Shown: in pieces, positions 20,120-32,523 of the stretch
How the letters are laid out: each line of letters starts with the position of its first letter
Numbering within the stretch: position 1 is the stretch's first letter
From: an uncultured Actinomycetota bacterium
GTDB taxonomy: Bacteria > Actinomycetota > Actinomycetes > Propionibacteriales > Nocardioidaceae
Direction of reading: 5' to 3'
Assembly (NCBI GenBank): GCA_963751975.1
Contig: CAVVWK010000001.1
Coordinates: forward strand, 241,152-305,151
Length of the DNA stretch: 64,000 nucleotides
Position numbers and translations under genes: made by a program
The notes under the pieces: model-generated
Databases searched by the model: none
Seen by the model: only the letters and a program-made list of their open reading frames with translations
What the model was told of the DNA's origin: nothing

Positions 20120-20200
20120 TCAGAACACCAGCCTTCCCGGGTGGTCGAACGTGTCGAGACCCCGGCTCACGTTTGCGTGCATCAGGACAGGGAGGTTCAT
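20120..20200 (-). other. 26-aa bridge ORF (MIRU-like) between nuoL and nuoM containing a repeat variant
   Basis: ATG overlaps the inferred nuoL TGA (ATGA, 20197-20200); stop abuts nuoM GTG; contains GGTGGTCGAACGTGTCGAGACC. Confidence 0.5.
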
Positions 20201-22169
20201 GTCAGGTTCACCGCCAGGAGCGCGAGCGACGACGAGCAGCGACGCCGCCGAGCACCGACAGGGCGTAGGACCGGACGTAGCCGGTCTGCAGCCGGCGGAA
20301 CCGCGCCGACATGCCCGCGAACGCGGCACCGGTGCCGTCGACGGCTCCGTCCACTCCGCGGTCGTCGAAGCCGACCAGGCCGTTGACGAACCGGTCACCC
20401 GGGCGCATCAGCAGCTCCTCGTTGAGCGCGTCGCCGTAGAGGTCGGCGCGGGCCGCCCGGGTCACGAAGCGACACGTTGGCCGGCGCGACCCGCGGGACG
20501 TCGGACCTGCCGACGGTGAGCCAGGCGATGGCGACGCCGACCGCGACGACGACGGTGATGATCAGGCTGTAGACGATCGGCGAGAACGCGAGCTCGTGGT
20601 GCTGGGTCCTCGCCGACGACCGGGGCGAGCCAGTCGGCGATCCAGTCGCCGAGCAGCAGCAGGCCGCCGAAGCACGGACAGCGCGGCGAGCACGATCAGC
20701 GGGACGGTCATCACCTTGGGCGACTCGTGCGGGTGCACGCCGTCCTCCCAGCGCTTCTTGCCGAAGAACGTCATCAGCATCAGCCGGGTCATGTAGAACG
20801 CGGTGATGCCGGCGCCGACCAGCGCGGCCAGGCCGACGACGAGGTTCTCGCCGAACGCCGCCTCGATGATCTTGTCCTTGGACCAGAAGCCGGAGAAGCC
20901 CGGGAAGCCGATGATCGCGAGGTAGCCCATCGCGAAGGTCAGGAAGGTGACCGGCACCGCCTTCTGCAGCGCGCCGTAGTGCCGCATGTCGACGTCGTCG
21001 TCCATCGCGTGCATGACCGAGCCGGCCCCGAGGAACATGTTGGCCTTGAAGAAGCCGTGCGTGAGCAGGTGGAAGATCGCGAACGCGTAGCCGAACGGCC
21101 CGAGGCCTGCGGCCAGCATCATGTAGCCGATCTGGCTCATCGTGGACCCGGCGAGCGCCTTCTTGATGTCGTCCTTCGCGCAACCGATGATCGCGCCCCA
21201 CAGGAGCGTGACCACGCCGACGATGACGACCGCGGTCTGCGCGACCTCGGTGTAGTCGTAGATGAAGTTCGACCGCACCACCAGGTAGACGCCGGCGGTC
21301 ACCATCGTCGCGGCGTGGATCAGCGCCGAGACCGGGGTCGGGCCCTCCATCGCGTCGAGCAGCCAGGACTGCAGCGGCACCTGGGCGGACTTGCCGCAGG
21401 CGGCCAGCAGGAACAGCAGGCCCAGCGCGGTGAGAGTGGCCTGCTCGGCCTCGCCGGCGACCGCCGAGATGCCCGCGAACGCGGTCGTGCCGAACGTCGC
21501 GAACGCCAGCATGGTGCCGAGTGCCATGCCGATGTCACCGACACGGTTCACCACGAACGCCTTCTTGGCGGCCACGGCGGCGGAGGGCTTGTGCTGCCAG
21601 AAGCCGATCAGGAGGTACGACGCGAGGCCGACGCCCTCCCAGCCGAGGAAGACGCCGAGGTAGTTGTCGCTGAGCACCAGCAGGAGCATCGCGGCGACGA
21701 AGAGGTTGAGGTAGCCGAAGAACCGCGCCCGGCGCTCGTCGTGCGCCATGTAGCCGACGGAGTAGATGTGGATCAGCCCGCCGACACCGGTGATCAGCAG
21801 CAGGAACACCGCCGACAGCGGGTCGTAGAGCAGCGACATGTCGGCGGTGAAGCCGCCCGCGTCCACCCAGGTGTAGAGGAACTGCGAGACGCTCCGGTCG
21901 TCGGCGTCGCGGCCGAGCAGCGCGAAGAACGCCAGCAGGCTGATCACGAACGACCCGATGACCGTCGCGCAGCCGAGCAGGTGCGCCCAGGCGCGGGTGC
22001 GGGTGCCGCCCGCGACCAGGATCACCGCGGCACCGAGGGCCGGCAGCGCGACGATCAGCCACAGCAGCGACAGCACGCCGTCCGCCGCGGAGGGGTCGAT
22101 CACGGGCACCGTGCCCTCGTGCGCCTCCCCGGAGAGCAGGATCAAGGCAGAGCTGGTGGTCACAGACAC
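20197..22169 (-). CDS. nuoL: NADH-quinone oxidoreductase subunit L (frameshifts in 3' part)
   Basis: [68 protein letters not shown]. Confidence 0.95.
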
Positions 22170-22171
22170 CC

Positions 22172-22471
22172 CTAGTACTTCAGCAGGCTCGCGTCGTCGA
22201 CCGAGGCCGAGCGTCGCGTGCGGAAGATGGTCATGATGATGGCGAGGCCGACCACGACCTCCGCGGCGGCGACGACCATGACGAAGAAGGCGCCGACCTG
22301 CCCGTCGAGGTTGCCGTGCACGCGGGCGAAGGTCACCAGTGCGAGGTTGCTCGCGTTGAGCATGAGCTCCACGCACATGAACACGACGATGGCGTTGCGG
22401 CGGGTGAGCACGCCGATGCAGCCGATCGTGAACAGGATCGCGGAGAGGGCGAGGAAGGGGGTCGGCTCCAT
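22172..22471 (-). CDS. nuoK: NADH-quinone oxidoreductase subunit K
   Basis: [29 protein letters not shown]; in frame with nuoJ in this assembly. Confidence 0.93.
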   Translation of the reverse strand: MEPTPFLALSAILFTIGCIGVLTRRNAIVVFMCVELMLNASNLALVTFARVHGNLDGQVGAFFVMVVAAAEVVVGLAIIMTIFRTRRSASVDDASLLKY

Positions 22472-23293
22472 CACTTCACCTCGTCGCTCGTCGTCCTCGG
22501 CGGGCGGGACGGACTCGCCGGGCGCGCCGGGGCGGACGCTGCCCTCCTCGCGCATGGAGCGGGTGAGCTCGTCGATGTCGTCTGCCAGCGCCGGCGCCGA
22601 ACGCACCGTGCCCCGGGCGACCAGCAGACGCGAGACCGATGTCGGGGCCGGTGTCCCGTCGGGCAGCAGCGCCGGGGTGTCCACCGCGTTGTGGCGGGCG
22701 AACACGCCGGGCGACGGCAGCGGCCCGAGGTGCTTGCCGTGGTCGACGTAGTCACGCATGCGCTGCGCGGCCAGGTCGGCCTGCGTCTGCTTGGGGGTCA
22801 GCCGCTCGCGGTGGGCGAGCACCATGGCACCGATGGCGGCGGTGATCAGCAGCGCGCTGGTCGCCTCGAACGCGAAGACGTAGTTCGAGAACAGCAGCTG
22901 GGCGAGCCCCTGCACGTTGCCGTCGGCGTTGGCGACGTCGAGACCCACGGTCGCCCCGATGGTCACCTGGGCGACCCCGAGGACGAGGACGGCCCCGAAC
23001 AGCAGGCCGACGATCGTGGCCGCGAGCCGCTGTCCCTTGATCGTCTCGACGACCGAGTCGGACGCGTCGACACCGACCAGCATCAGCACGAACAGGAACA
23101 GCATGAGGATCGCGCCGGTGTAGACGATGATCTGGACCGCGAACAGGAACGGGGCGTCCTGCACGGCGTACAGCACCGCCAGCCCGATCATCACGACCGC
23201 CAGCAGCAGCGCCGCGTGCACGGCCTTGCGGGCGAACAGGATGCCGAGCGCGGCGGCGACCATCACCGGGGCCAGGAGCCAGAAGGTGACCAC
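22471..23293 (-). CDS. nuoJ: NADH-quinone oxidoreductase subunit J
   Basis: [39 protein letters not shown]. Confidence 0.93.
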
Positions 23294-23296
23294 GGA

Positions 23297-23869
23297 TCAG
23301 GCCTCGCTCTCGGAACGCTGACGCTCACCGGCACCGTGCGGCCGGAAGGAGCCCCGGTAGTAGTCGCCCTCGTCCTCACCGAGCAGCATCGCGTGCGGCG
23401 GCTGCTCCATGCCGGGCAGCAGCGGCGCGAGCAGGTCCTGCTTCTCGTAGATGAGGTCGGCGCGGTTGTCGTCGGCGAGCTCGTACTCGTTGGTCATCGT
23501 CAGCGCGCGGGTCGGGCACGCCTCGATGCACAGCCCGCACAGGATGCAGCGCAGGTAGTTGATCTGGTAGACGCGGCCGTAGCGCTCACCCGGCGAGAAC
23601 CGGCCGGATCCCTCCCCGGTGTCGTCGACGTTGGACGCGCCCTCGACGTAGATCGCGTCGGCGGGACAGGCCCATGCGCACAGCTCGCAGCCGATGCACT
23701 TCTCGAGCCCGTCGGGCCAGCGGTTGAGCTGGTGCCTGCCGTGGAACCGGGGCGCGGTCGGCTTCTTCTCGAACGGGTACTGCTCGGTGACGACCTTCTT
23801 GAACATGGTCCGGAAGGTGACACCGAAACCCGCGACCGGGTCCCAGAACTGTTCCTTGAGCGTGGGCAT
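23297..23869 (-). CDS. nuoI: NADH-quinone oxidoreductase subunit I
   Basis: Two 4Fe-4S motifs [12 protein letters not shown] and [12 protein letters not shown]. Confidence 0.96.
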   Translation of the reverse strand: MPTLKEQFWDPVAGFGVTFRTMFKKVVTEQYPFEKKPTAPRFHGRHQLNRWPDGLEKCIGCELCAWACPADAIYVEGASNVDDTGEGSGRFSPGERYGRVYQINYLRCILCGLCIEACPTRALTMTNEYELADDNRADLIYEKQDLLAPLLPGMEQPPHAMLLGEDEGDYYRGSFRPHGAGERQRSESEA

Positions 23870-25218
23870 CAGAGCTGCTCCCTACTCTCTGTTGGGCGCG
23901 TGATGTCTTGCCGTGCCTCGCGGAGCGTGACCGACGTCCGGCCCTGGACGGCGGGACCGGGCATCGGCGGGACAGGGTAGCCGCTGGCGAACGCGTCGAA
24001 CGCCTCGCCGTCGGCACCGACCCGCTCGCGCTCGGCGTCCTCGTCCTCCTCGACGCCGCCGCCGACGAAGAAGAGCACCAGGAACAGCACGGCGACCACG
24101 CCGATGGCGGCGAGCAGGTAGCTGCGGTCGATGCCGCCCTCGAGGCTGATCGCGCGGATGGTGGCGACCGCGACGATCCAGACGAGGGCGACCGGGATGA
24201 GCCGCTTCCAGCCGAACTTCATGAACTGGTCGTAGCGCAGCCGCGGCAGCGTCCCGCGCAGCCAGATGAAGACGAAGATGAAGATCATCACCTTGGCGAG
24301 GAACCACAGCACCGGCCAGTAGCCCTCGTTGGCGTTGTCCCAGAGGGAGAGCGGCCACGGGGCGCGCCAGCCACCGAGGAACAGCGTGGTGGCGAGCGCG
24401 GAGACGGTCACCATGTTGACGTACTCGGCGAGGAAGAACAGCGCGAACTTCAGCGAGGAGTACTCGGTGTGGAAGCCGCCGACCAGCTCGCCCTCGGCCT
24501 CCGGCAGGTCGAACGGCGCACGGTTGGTCTCCCCGACCATCGCGATCAGGTAGATGACGAACGAGGGGATCAGGATCAGGCCGAACCACAGCCGCTCCTG
24601 GCTGGCCACGATCTCCGACGTCGACATGGATCCGGCGTACAGGAACACCGCGACGAGCGAGAGGCCCATCGCGACCTCGTAGGAGATCATCTGCGCGGAG
24701 CTGCGCAGACCGCCGAGGAGGGAGTACGTCGACCCGGACGACCAGCCGCCGAGCACGATGCCGTAGATGCCGATCGACGCCACGGCGAGGATGAACAGCA
24801 CCGCCACCGGCATGTCGGTCAGCTGCAGCGGGGTGGTGCGGTCGGTGAAGGGCACGTCCACCTCGGGCCCGAACGGGATCACCGCGAACGCCAGGAACGC
24901 CGGCACCGTGGACAGCACCGGCGCGAGCAGGAAGACGGCCTTGTCGGCCGCCTTGGGGATGATGTCCTCCTTCAGCGCCAGCTTCACGCCGTCGGCCAGC
25001 GACTGCAGCAGTCCGAAGGGACCGTTGACGTTGGGGCCGATGCGGTGCTGCATCCGGGCCACGACCCGGCGCTCGAACCAGATGTTGAACAGCGTCAACA
25101 CCACCAGCAGCACGAAGATCAGCACCGACTTGATCAGCACCAGCCACCACGGGTCGGTGCCGAAGAGCGACAGGTCGTCGGCGGCCAGGGTGATCGAGCC
25201 GCTCGCGTCGGTGATCAT
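23869..25218 (-). CDS. nuoH: NADH-quinone oxidoreductase subunit H
   Basis: [54 protein letters not shown]. Confidence 0.96.
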   Translation of the reverse strand: MITDASGSITLAADDLSLFGTDPWWLVLIKSVLIFVLLVVLTLFNIWFERRVVARMQHRIGPNVNGPFGLLQSLADGVKLALKEDIIPKAADKAVFLLAPVLSTVPAFLAFAVIPFGPEVDVPFTDRTTPLQLTDMPVAVLFILAVASIGIYGIVLGGWSSGSTYSLLGGLRSSAQMISYEVAMGLSLVAVFLYAGSMSTSEIVASQERLWFGLILIPSFVIYLIAMVGETNRAPFDLPEAEGELVGGFHTEYSSLKFALFFLAEYVNMVTVSALATTLFLGGWRAPWPLSLWDNANEGYWPVLWFLAKVMIFIFVFIWLRGTLPRLRYDQFMKFGWKRLIPVALVWIVAVATIRAISLEGGIDRSYLLAAIGVVAVLFLVLFFVGGGVEEDEDAERERVGADGEAFDAFASGYPVPPMPGPAVQGRTSVTLREARQDITRPTESREQL

Positions 25219-27714
25219 GCCGCACCTCCCTCGATGGAGACGGTCGTCCCGGCAGTCGCGCCGAGGTCACGGTTGACGTTGATGCCGTCGGAGTTGGCCG
25301 GCAGCCAGACCACCCCGTCGGCAAGGTCGGCGACACCCACCGGGACCGTCGCCGACCCGCTGGGGCCGGTGATGGTGACGTTGGCTCCGGCGGTCACGCC
25401 GAGACCGGCGAGCGTCCCTGCGGAGACGAGGGCGACGGCGGCGCGGCCGGTGGCCTTGAGGTAGTCGTCGCCGTCGAGCATCGAACCGTCGTCGATCATC
25501 TGCTTCCAGGTGGCCAGCCGGAGCCCCTCGCTCCCGGTGGTCGACCCGCTCCCGGTGGTCGACCCGCTCCCGGTGGTCGAGCCCGTCGAGACCGGCGCAG
25601 CGACCCGGTCGCCGTCCCAGGGGCCGATCTCGGCCAGCTCGGCGCGGGCACCCTCCACCGTCTTGAACCCGAGACCGGTGCCGAGCTCGTCGGCGATGCC
25701 GGAGAGCACGCGCAGGTCCGGGAGCGCGTGCGACTCGACCAGCACCTTCTCGAACGGCCGAGGGCGACCCTCCCAGGTGACGAAGGTGCCGGACTTCTCG
25801 GCGACCGAGGCGACCGGGAAGACCACGTCGGCGGCCCGGGTGACGTCGGTCTCGCGCAGCTCGAGGCTGACCACGAAGGACGCGGCGTCGAGGGCCGCGC
25901 GGGTGGCGGCCGGGTCCGGGGTGTCGTCGGGGTCGACGCCGGCGACCAGCAGTCCGCCGAGCTCGCCGGCCGTCGCGGCGGCGACGATCCCGGCGGCGTC
26001 GCGACCGGGCTCGTGGCCGATCGTCGTACCCCACACGGTGCCGATGTCCACGCGCGCCGAGGCGTCGTCGACCGGGCGGCCGCCGGGCAGCACCGACGGC
26101 AGGCAGCCGGCCTCCACCGCTCCGCGGTCACCCGCGCGCCGCGGCACCCACGCCAGCCGGGCACCGGTCGTGCCGGCGAGCGCCAGCGCGGCGGAGAGCG
26201 CACCCGGCACTGAGGCGAGCCGCTCCCCGACCAGCAGGAGACCGCCGGAGTCGATCGCGACGTCGGGGTCGTTCGCGAGCGCCTCGAGGGCGGACGCCTC
26301 GTCCCCGGGAGCGGTGCGGATGAGCGTGCCGTGCATCTTCGCGAGGCCGCGGGAGGTGTACGGCGCGATGCTCCAGACCTTGAGCCCCTTGCGCGCGGCC
26401 TTGCGCAGCCGCAGGAACATCGTGCCCGCCTCGTCCTCGGGCTCGAGTCCGGCCAGCACGACCTTGTTGGCGCGCTCGAGGTCCTCGAACGTCACGCCGA
26501 GGCCGCTGCCCGCGACGGTCGAGGCGAGGAAGGCCTCCTCCTCCGTCGAGTGCGCGCGGGACCGGAAGTCGATGTCGTTGGTGCCCAGGGCGACCCGGGC
26601 GAACTTCGCGTAGGCGTATGCGTCCTCGACGGTGAGCCGGCCGCCGGTGAGCACTCCCACCGAGCCGGCTGTCCGCAGCCCGCGAGCGGCGACGATGAAC
26701 GCCTCCGGCCAGGACGCCGCGCGCAGCTCGCCGGTCTCCTCGTCGCGGACCATGGGATGCGTGAGCCGGTCGGCCTGACGGGCGTAGGTGAACGCGAAGC
26801 GGTCCTTGTCGGTGATCCACTCCTCGTTGACCTGGGGGTCGTCCCCGGACAGGCGGCGCACCACCTTGCCGCGCCGGTGGTCGACCCGGATCGCCGAACC
26901 GCACGAGTCGTGCTCGGCGACCGAGGCGGTGGACACCAGGTCGAACGGGCGGGCGCGGAAGCGGTAGGTGGCGGACGTCAGCGCGCCGACCGGGCAGATC
27001 TGGATCGTGTTGCCCGAGAAGTAGGACTCGAACGGCTCCTTCTCGTAGATGCCGACCTGCTGGAGCGCACCGCGCTCGATCAGCGCGATGAACGGGTCAC
27101 CGGCGATCTGCTCCGAGAACCGGGTGCAGCGCGCGCACAGCACGCAGCGCTCGCGGTCGAGGAGCACCTGCGCGGAGATGTTGATCGGCTTGGGGAAGGT
27201 GCGCTTGGACTCGACGAAGCGGCTCTCGCCGCGGCCGTTGCTCATCGCCTGGTTCTGCAGCGGGCACTCGCCACCCTTGTCGCAGACCGGGCAGTCGAGC
27301 GGGTGGTTGATCAGCAGCTGCTCCATCACGCCCTGCTGCGCCTTGTCGGCGATGGGCGAGGAGACCTGGGTGTTGACGACCATGCCGTCGGAGGCGGCGA
27401 GCGTGCAGGAGGCCTGCGGCTTCACGCGACCGGGCGGGCCCATCATCGTGCGCGGCTCGCCGTCCGGCCCGGGCAGCGCCACCTCGACGAGGCACTGCCG
27501 GCAGGCGCCGACGGGCGCCAGCAGCGGGTGGTCGCAGAACCGCGGGATCTGCACACCGATCTGCTCGGCGGCGCGGATCACCAGCGTGCCCTTGGGGACG
27601 CTGACCTCGATGCCGTCGATGGTCAGCGTCACCAGGTCCGTCTTCTCGACCTGGCCACCGTCCCCGGTCTTCGAGCCCGTCGAGGTGCCGGACTTGTTGG
27701 CTGAGATCGGTCAT
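25215..27714 (-). CDS. nuoG: NADH-quinone oxidoreductase subunit G (frameshift just after the ATG)
   Basis: [45 protein letters not shown]; ATG at 27714 overlaps nuoF stop. Confidence 0.95.
25530..25593 (+). repeat. Full 22-bp repeat plus 18-bp tandem duplications, in frame within nuoG
   Basis: (GCTCCCGGTGGTCGACCC)x2 + GCTCCCGGTGGTCGAGCCCGTCGAGACC; encodes [21 protein letters not shown]. Confidence 0.9.
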
Positions 27715-29019
27715 GCAGTCACTCCCGCAGGTGCGAACAGGGTGGACCTGGCGTGGTCGAACGGGCAGCCGCCGTGCTCGAGGTGCGCGACGTACTCCTC
27801 GCGGAAGTACTGGATCGACGACGAGATCGGGCTGACCGCCCCGTCGGCGAGCGCACAGAACGACCGCCCCAGGATGTTGTCGCACTGGTCGAGGATCTGC
27901 TCGAGGTCGGCCTCGCTGCCCTGGCCCTTCTCGAGACGGGCGAGGGTCTGCACCAGCCACCAGGTGCCCTCGCGGCACGGCGTGCACTTGCCGCAGGACT
28001 CGTGCTTGTAGAACTCGGTCCAGCGCAGCACCGCGCGGACCACGCAGGTGGTCTCGTCGAAGATCTGCAGCGCCTTGGTGCCGAGCATGGAGCCCGCGGC
28101 ACCGACGCCCTCGTAGTCGAGGGGTACGTCGAGGTGCTCGGCGGTGAGCAGCGGCGTGGTGGAGCCACCCGGCGTCCAGAACTTCAGCTCGTGGCCCTCA
28201 CGAACTCCTCCCGCGAGGTCGAGCAGCTCGCGCAGCGTGATGCCGAGGGGGGCTTCGTACTGACCCGGCCGAGTGACGTGGCCGGACAGCGAGTAGAGCG
28301 TCATGCCCTTGCTCTTCTCCGTGCCCATCGAGCCGAACCAGTCAGGACCGTTGCTCACGATGGCCGGCACGCTGGCGATCGACTCGACGTTGTTGATCAC
28401 CGTCGGCGACGCGTAGAGGCCGGCGACGGCCGGGAACGGCGGACGCAGCCGCGGTTGCCCGCGACGACCCTCGAGCGAGTCGAGCAGCGCCGTCTCCTCG
28501 CCGCAGATGTAGGCACCGGCGCCGGCATGCACGATGACGTCGAGGTCGTAGCCCGAGCCGTGGATGTCCTTGCCGAGGTGGCCGGCCAGGTAGGCCTCCT
28601 GCACCGCGCGCTGCAGCCGACGGATCACGTGCAGGACCTCGCCGCGCACGTAGATGAAGGCGGTGTTGGCGCGGATCGCGAAGGAGCTGATGATGACGCC
28701 CTCGACCAGCGTGTGCGGGCTGGCCATCATCAGCGGGATGTCCTTGCAGGTGCCCGGCTCCGACTCGTCGGCGTTGACCACGAGGTACTTCGGGTTGGGG
28801 TTGTCCTGCGGGATGAACCCCCACTTCATGCCGGTCGGGAAGCCCGCGCCGCCTCGACCGCGCAGGCCGGAGTCCTTGACCAGCTCGACGAGGGCGCTGG
28901 GCTGCATCCCCAGCGCGGTCTTGCAGCGCCTCGTAGCCGCCCGAGCGCTCGTAGGACTCCAGGGTCCAGGACCTCTCGGCGTCCCAGTTGGCCGAGAGGA
29001 CCGGGGTCAGCACGGTCAC
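27711..29019 (-). CDS. nuoF: NADH-quinone oxidoreductase subunit F (frameshift near 28920)
   Basis: GLRGRGGAGFPTGMKW, NADESEPGTCKD, GAGAYICGEETAL, ESCGKCTPCREG. Confidence 0.96.
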
Positions 29020-29757
29020 TGGTCAGCTCCCTTCGGCGCTGTCGTGGTCGGTGTCTCGCGCGGCCTCGTCGGCCGGGAACCAGCCACGCTCGCGAGCGAT
29101 CTCGAGGCCGACCAGGCTGGCCGGCCCGGCGGCGGGGCCCTCGTCGGCGCAGGTCGTCGGGGAATCCGGCGAGCACCCGCTCGGCCTCGCGCCACGTGCA
29201 GATCCGCGGCCCCCGGGTCGAGTGGACCTCCTTGCCCTGCCGGAGGTCGTCGACGAGCTGCGTCGCGGACTCCGGGGTCTGGTTGTCCATGAACTCCCAG
29301 TTGACCATCACGACCGGGGCGAAGTCGCAGGCGGCGTTGCACTCGACGTGCTCCAGGGTGAGGCTCTTCTCGTCGCCGACGGCACGGTCGTCTCGTCGTT
29401 GCCGACGCCGAGGTGGTCCTTGAGCCGCTCGAAGATGGCGTCGCCGCCCATCACCGCGCAGAGCGTGTTGGTGCAGACGCCGACGTGGTAGTCGCCGACC
29501 GGCCGCCGCTTGTACATCGTGTAGAAGGTCGCGACGCCGGACACCTCGGCGGCGGAGATGCCGAGGATGTCGGCGCAGGCCTCGATGCCGCGTGGCGTGA
29601 CCCGACCCTCGACGCTCTGCACCAGGTGCAGCATCGGCAGCAGCCCCGAGCGGGCCTGCGGGTAGCGGGCCGCGATCTCCCGCAGCTCGCCGAGCGTCTT
29701 GTCGTCGAGCGGCCCCTGGTCGAGCGGGGCGCCGTCCTGAGCGGGTCGGAGGGTCAC
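29016..29757 (-). CDS. nuoE: NADH-quinone oxidoreductase subunit E (frameshifted)
   Basis: [48 protein letters not shown]. Confidence 0.92.
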
Positions 29758-31105
29758 CGGTCCACCCCTCCCATCACGGGGTCGATCGACGCGATCGCGA
29801 CGATGACGTCGGCGACCATGCCGCCCTCGCTCATCACCGAGGTCGCCTGCAGGTTGGTGAACGACGGGTCGCGGAAGTGCGCGCGGAACGGGCGGGTGCC
29901 GCCGTCGGAGACGACGTGGGCACCGAGCTCGCCGCGGGGCGACTCGACCGGGACGTAGGCCTGGCCGGCCGGGACCCGGAAGCCCTCGGTGACCAGCTTG
30001 AAGTGGTGGATCAGGGCCTCCATCGACTCGCCCATGATGTGCCGGATGTGGTCGAGGCTGTTGCCCATGCCGTCGGTGCCGACGGCGAGCTGGCTCGGCC
30101 AGGCGATCTTCTTGTCGGCCGACCATCACCGGGGCGCCCTCGAGGCCACCGAGCCGGTCGGCGCACTGCTCGACGATCCGCAGCGACTCCCACATCTCGT
30201 CGAGCCGGATCCGGAAGCGGCCGTAGGAGTCGCAGGTGTCCCAGGTGACGACGTCGAAGTCGTAGTCCTCGTAGCCGCAGTAGGGCTGGGTCTTGCGCAG
30301 GTCCCAGGGGTAGCCGGTCGAGCGCAGCACCGGGCCGGTGATGCCGAGCGCCAGGCAGCCGGCGAGGTCGAGGTGGCCCACGCCCTCCAGCCGGCCCTTG
30401 AAGATCGGGTTGGCGTTGCAGAGGGCGGCGTACTCGGGGAGCCGCTTCTTCATCAGCGCGATGAAGTCGCGGATCTGGTCGAGCGCACCCGGCGGCATGT
30501 CCTGCGCGACGCCGCCGGGACGGATGAACGCGTGGTTCATCCGCAGGCCGGTGATCAGCTCGAAGAGGTCGAGCACCAGCTCGCGCTCGCGGAAGCCGAT
30601 CGTCATCACGGTCAGCGCGCCGATCTCCATGCCGCCGGTGGCGATGGCGACCAGGTGGCTGGAGATCCGGTTGAGCTCCATCAGGAGGACCCGCATGACC
30701 TGCGCCTTCTCCGGGATGTCGTCCTCGATGTCGAGCAGCCGCTCGACGCCGAGGCCGTAGGTCGCCTCGTTGTAGAACGGCGACGAGGTAGTCCATCCGG
30801 GTGCAGAACGTGACGCCCTGCGTCCAGGAGCGGAACTCCATGTTCTTCTCGATGCCGGTGTGCAGGTAGCCGATGCCGCACCGGGCCTCGGTGACCGTCT
30901 CGCCCTCGAGCTCGAGGATCAGCCGGAGCACGCCGTGCGTGGACGGGTGCTGCGGGCCCATGTTGACGACGACGCGGTCGTCGCCCTCGTCGGCGATGCC
31001 GGAGACGACGGAGTCCCAGTCCTGGCCGGTGACGGTGAAGACGCGGCCCTGGGAGGTCTCGGACGCTCCGGCGTACAGGTCCTCGTTGGATCCGGTGGTG
31101 GTCAT
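29754..31105 (-). CDS. nuoD: NADH-quinone oxidoreductase subunit D (frameshifted)
   Basis: [51 protein letters not shown]. Confidence 0.95.
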
Positions 31106-31153
31106 CGGGGCCCCGCGGAAGTGCGAGCGTAGCGAGCAGTTTCGTGTGGTGAG

Positions 31154-31958
31154 TCATGAGTAGGACCTCCGCGTGTCGGGCGGCGGGATCGTGGCGCCCT
31201 TGTACTCGACCGGGATGCCGCCCAGCGGGTAGTCCTTGCGCTGCGGGTGGCCCGGCCAGTCGTCGGGCATCTCGATGCGGGTCAGCGACGGGTGGCCGTC
31301 GAAGACGATCCCGAAGAAGTCGTAGGTCTCGCGCTCGTGCCAGTCGTTGGTCGGGTAGACCGACACGACCGACGGGATGTGCGGGTCGGCGTCGGGGCAG
31401 GTCACCTCGAGCCGGATCCGCCGGTTGTGGGTCATCGAGAGCAGGTGGTAGACCGCGTGCAGCTCGCGGCCGGCGTCGTCGGGGTAGTGCACCCCGCGAC
31501 ACGCCGGAGCAGAACTCGAAGCGCAGCTTCGCGTCGTCGCGCAGCAGCTGCGCGGTCGCGAGCAGGTCGCTCGCGGCGGACGAAGAGGGTGATCTCGCCG
31601 CGGTGCACGACGACCTTCTCGACGGCGTCGGTGAGCCCCTGCCCGGTGAGGCCGGCCTCGAGCGCGTCGGCGAACTCGTCGAACCAGCCGCCGTAGGGGC
31701 GGCCGGTGCCGCCCGGCATCGCGACCGGCTCGGACGAGCCCGCCGTAGCCGGAGGTGTCGCCGCTGCCCCTGGCGCCGAACATGCCCGCGCCGGACGCCG
31801 ACCACCTCTGGCTGCAGCTGCTCCGGCTCGACCGGGAGTGCGTTCTCCGGTGCGTTGTCGGTGGCGTCCGGCTCCGTGCCGGTGCCGATCTCGTCGCTCT
31901 CGGCGATCGTGTCCTGCGGAGTGGGCCCGGTCTTGTCGCCGGTCGTGTCGTCGCTCAC
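31154..31958 (-). CDS. nuoC: NADH-quinone oxidoreductase subunit C (frameshifted)
   Basis: [37 protein letters not shown]. Confidence 0.93.
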
Positions 31959-32510
31959 CGCAGCAGACCCTTCATCTCGGAGGTCGGCAGCGCGCTCAGC
32001 GCGTCGGTCTCGTCCTGCTCGATCTCGGCGAGCCGGTTGGCGCCGAGCTTCGTGCCTGCACCTGCGTCGTGCAGCTTGAGGATCGCGTCGATGAGCATCT
32101 CCGGGCGCGGCGGGCAGCCGGGGAGGTACATGTCGACGGGGACGACGTGGTCGACGCCCTGCACGATCGCGTAGTTGTTGAACATGCCGCCGGAGCTGGC
32201 GCAGACGCCCATCGCCAGCACCCACTTGGGGTCGGCCATCTGGTCGTAGATCTGGCGCAGCACCGGCGCCATCTTCTGGCTGACCCGGCCGGCGACGATC
32301 ATCAGGTCGGCCTGGCGCGGCGAGGCCCGGAAGACCTCCATGCCGAAGCGCGCGAGGTCGTAGCGCGGGCCCGCCGGAGGTCATCATCTCGATGGCGCAG
32401 CAGGCCAGGCCGAAGGTGGCCGGCCAGAACGACGCCTTGCGCATGTAGCCCGCGACGCCCTCGACGGTGGTCAGCAGGACGCCGCTGGGGAGCTTCTCCT
32501 CGATACCCAT
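31955..32510 (-). CDS. nuoB: NADH-quinone oxidoreductase subunit B (frameshifted)
   Basis: [38 protein letters not shown]. Confidence 0.95.
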
Positions 32511-32523
32511 GTCTGTTCGCTCC

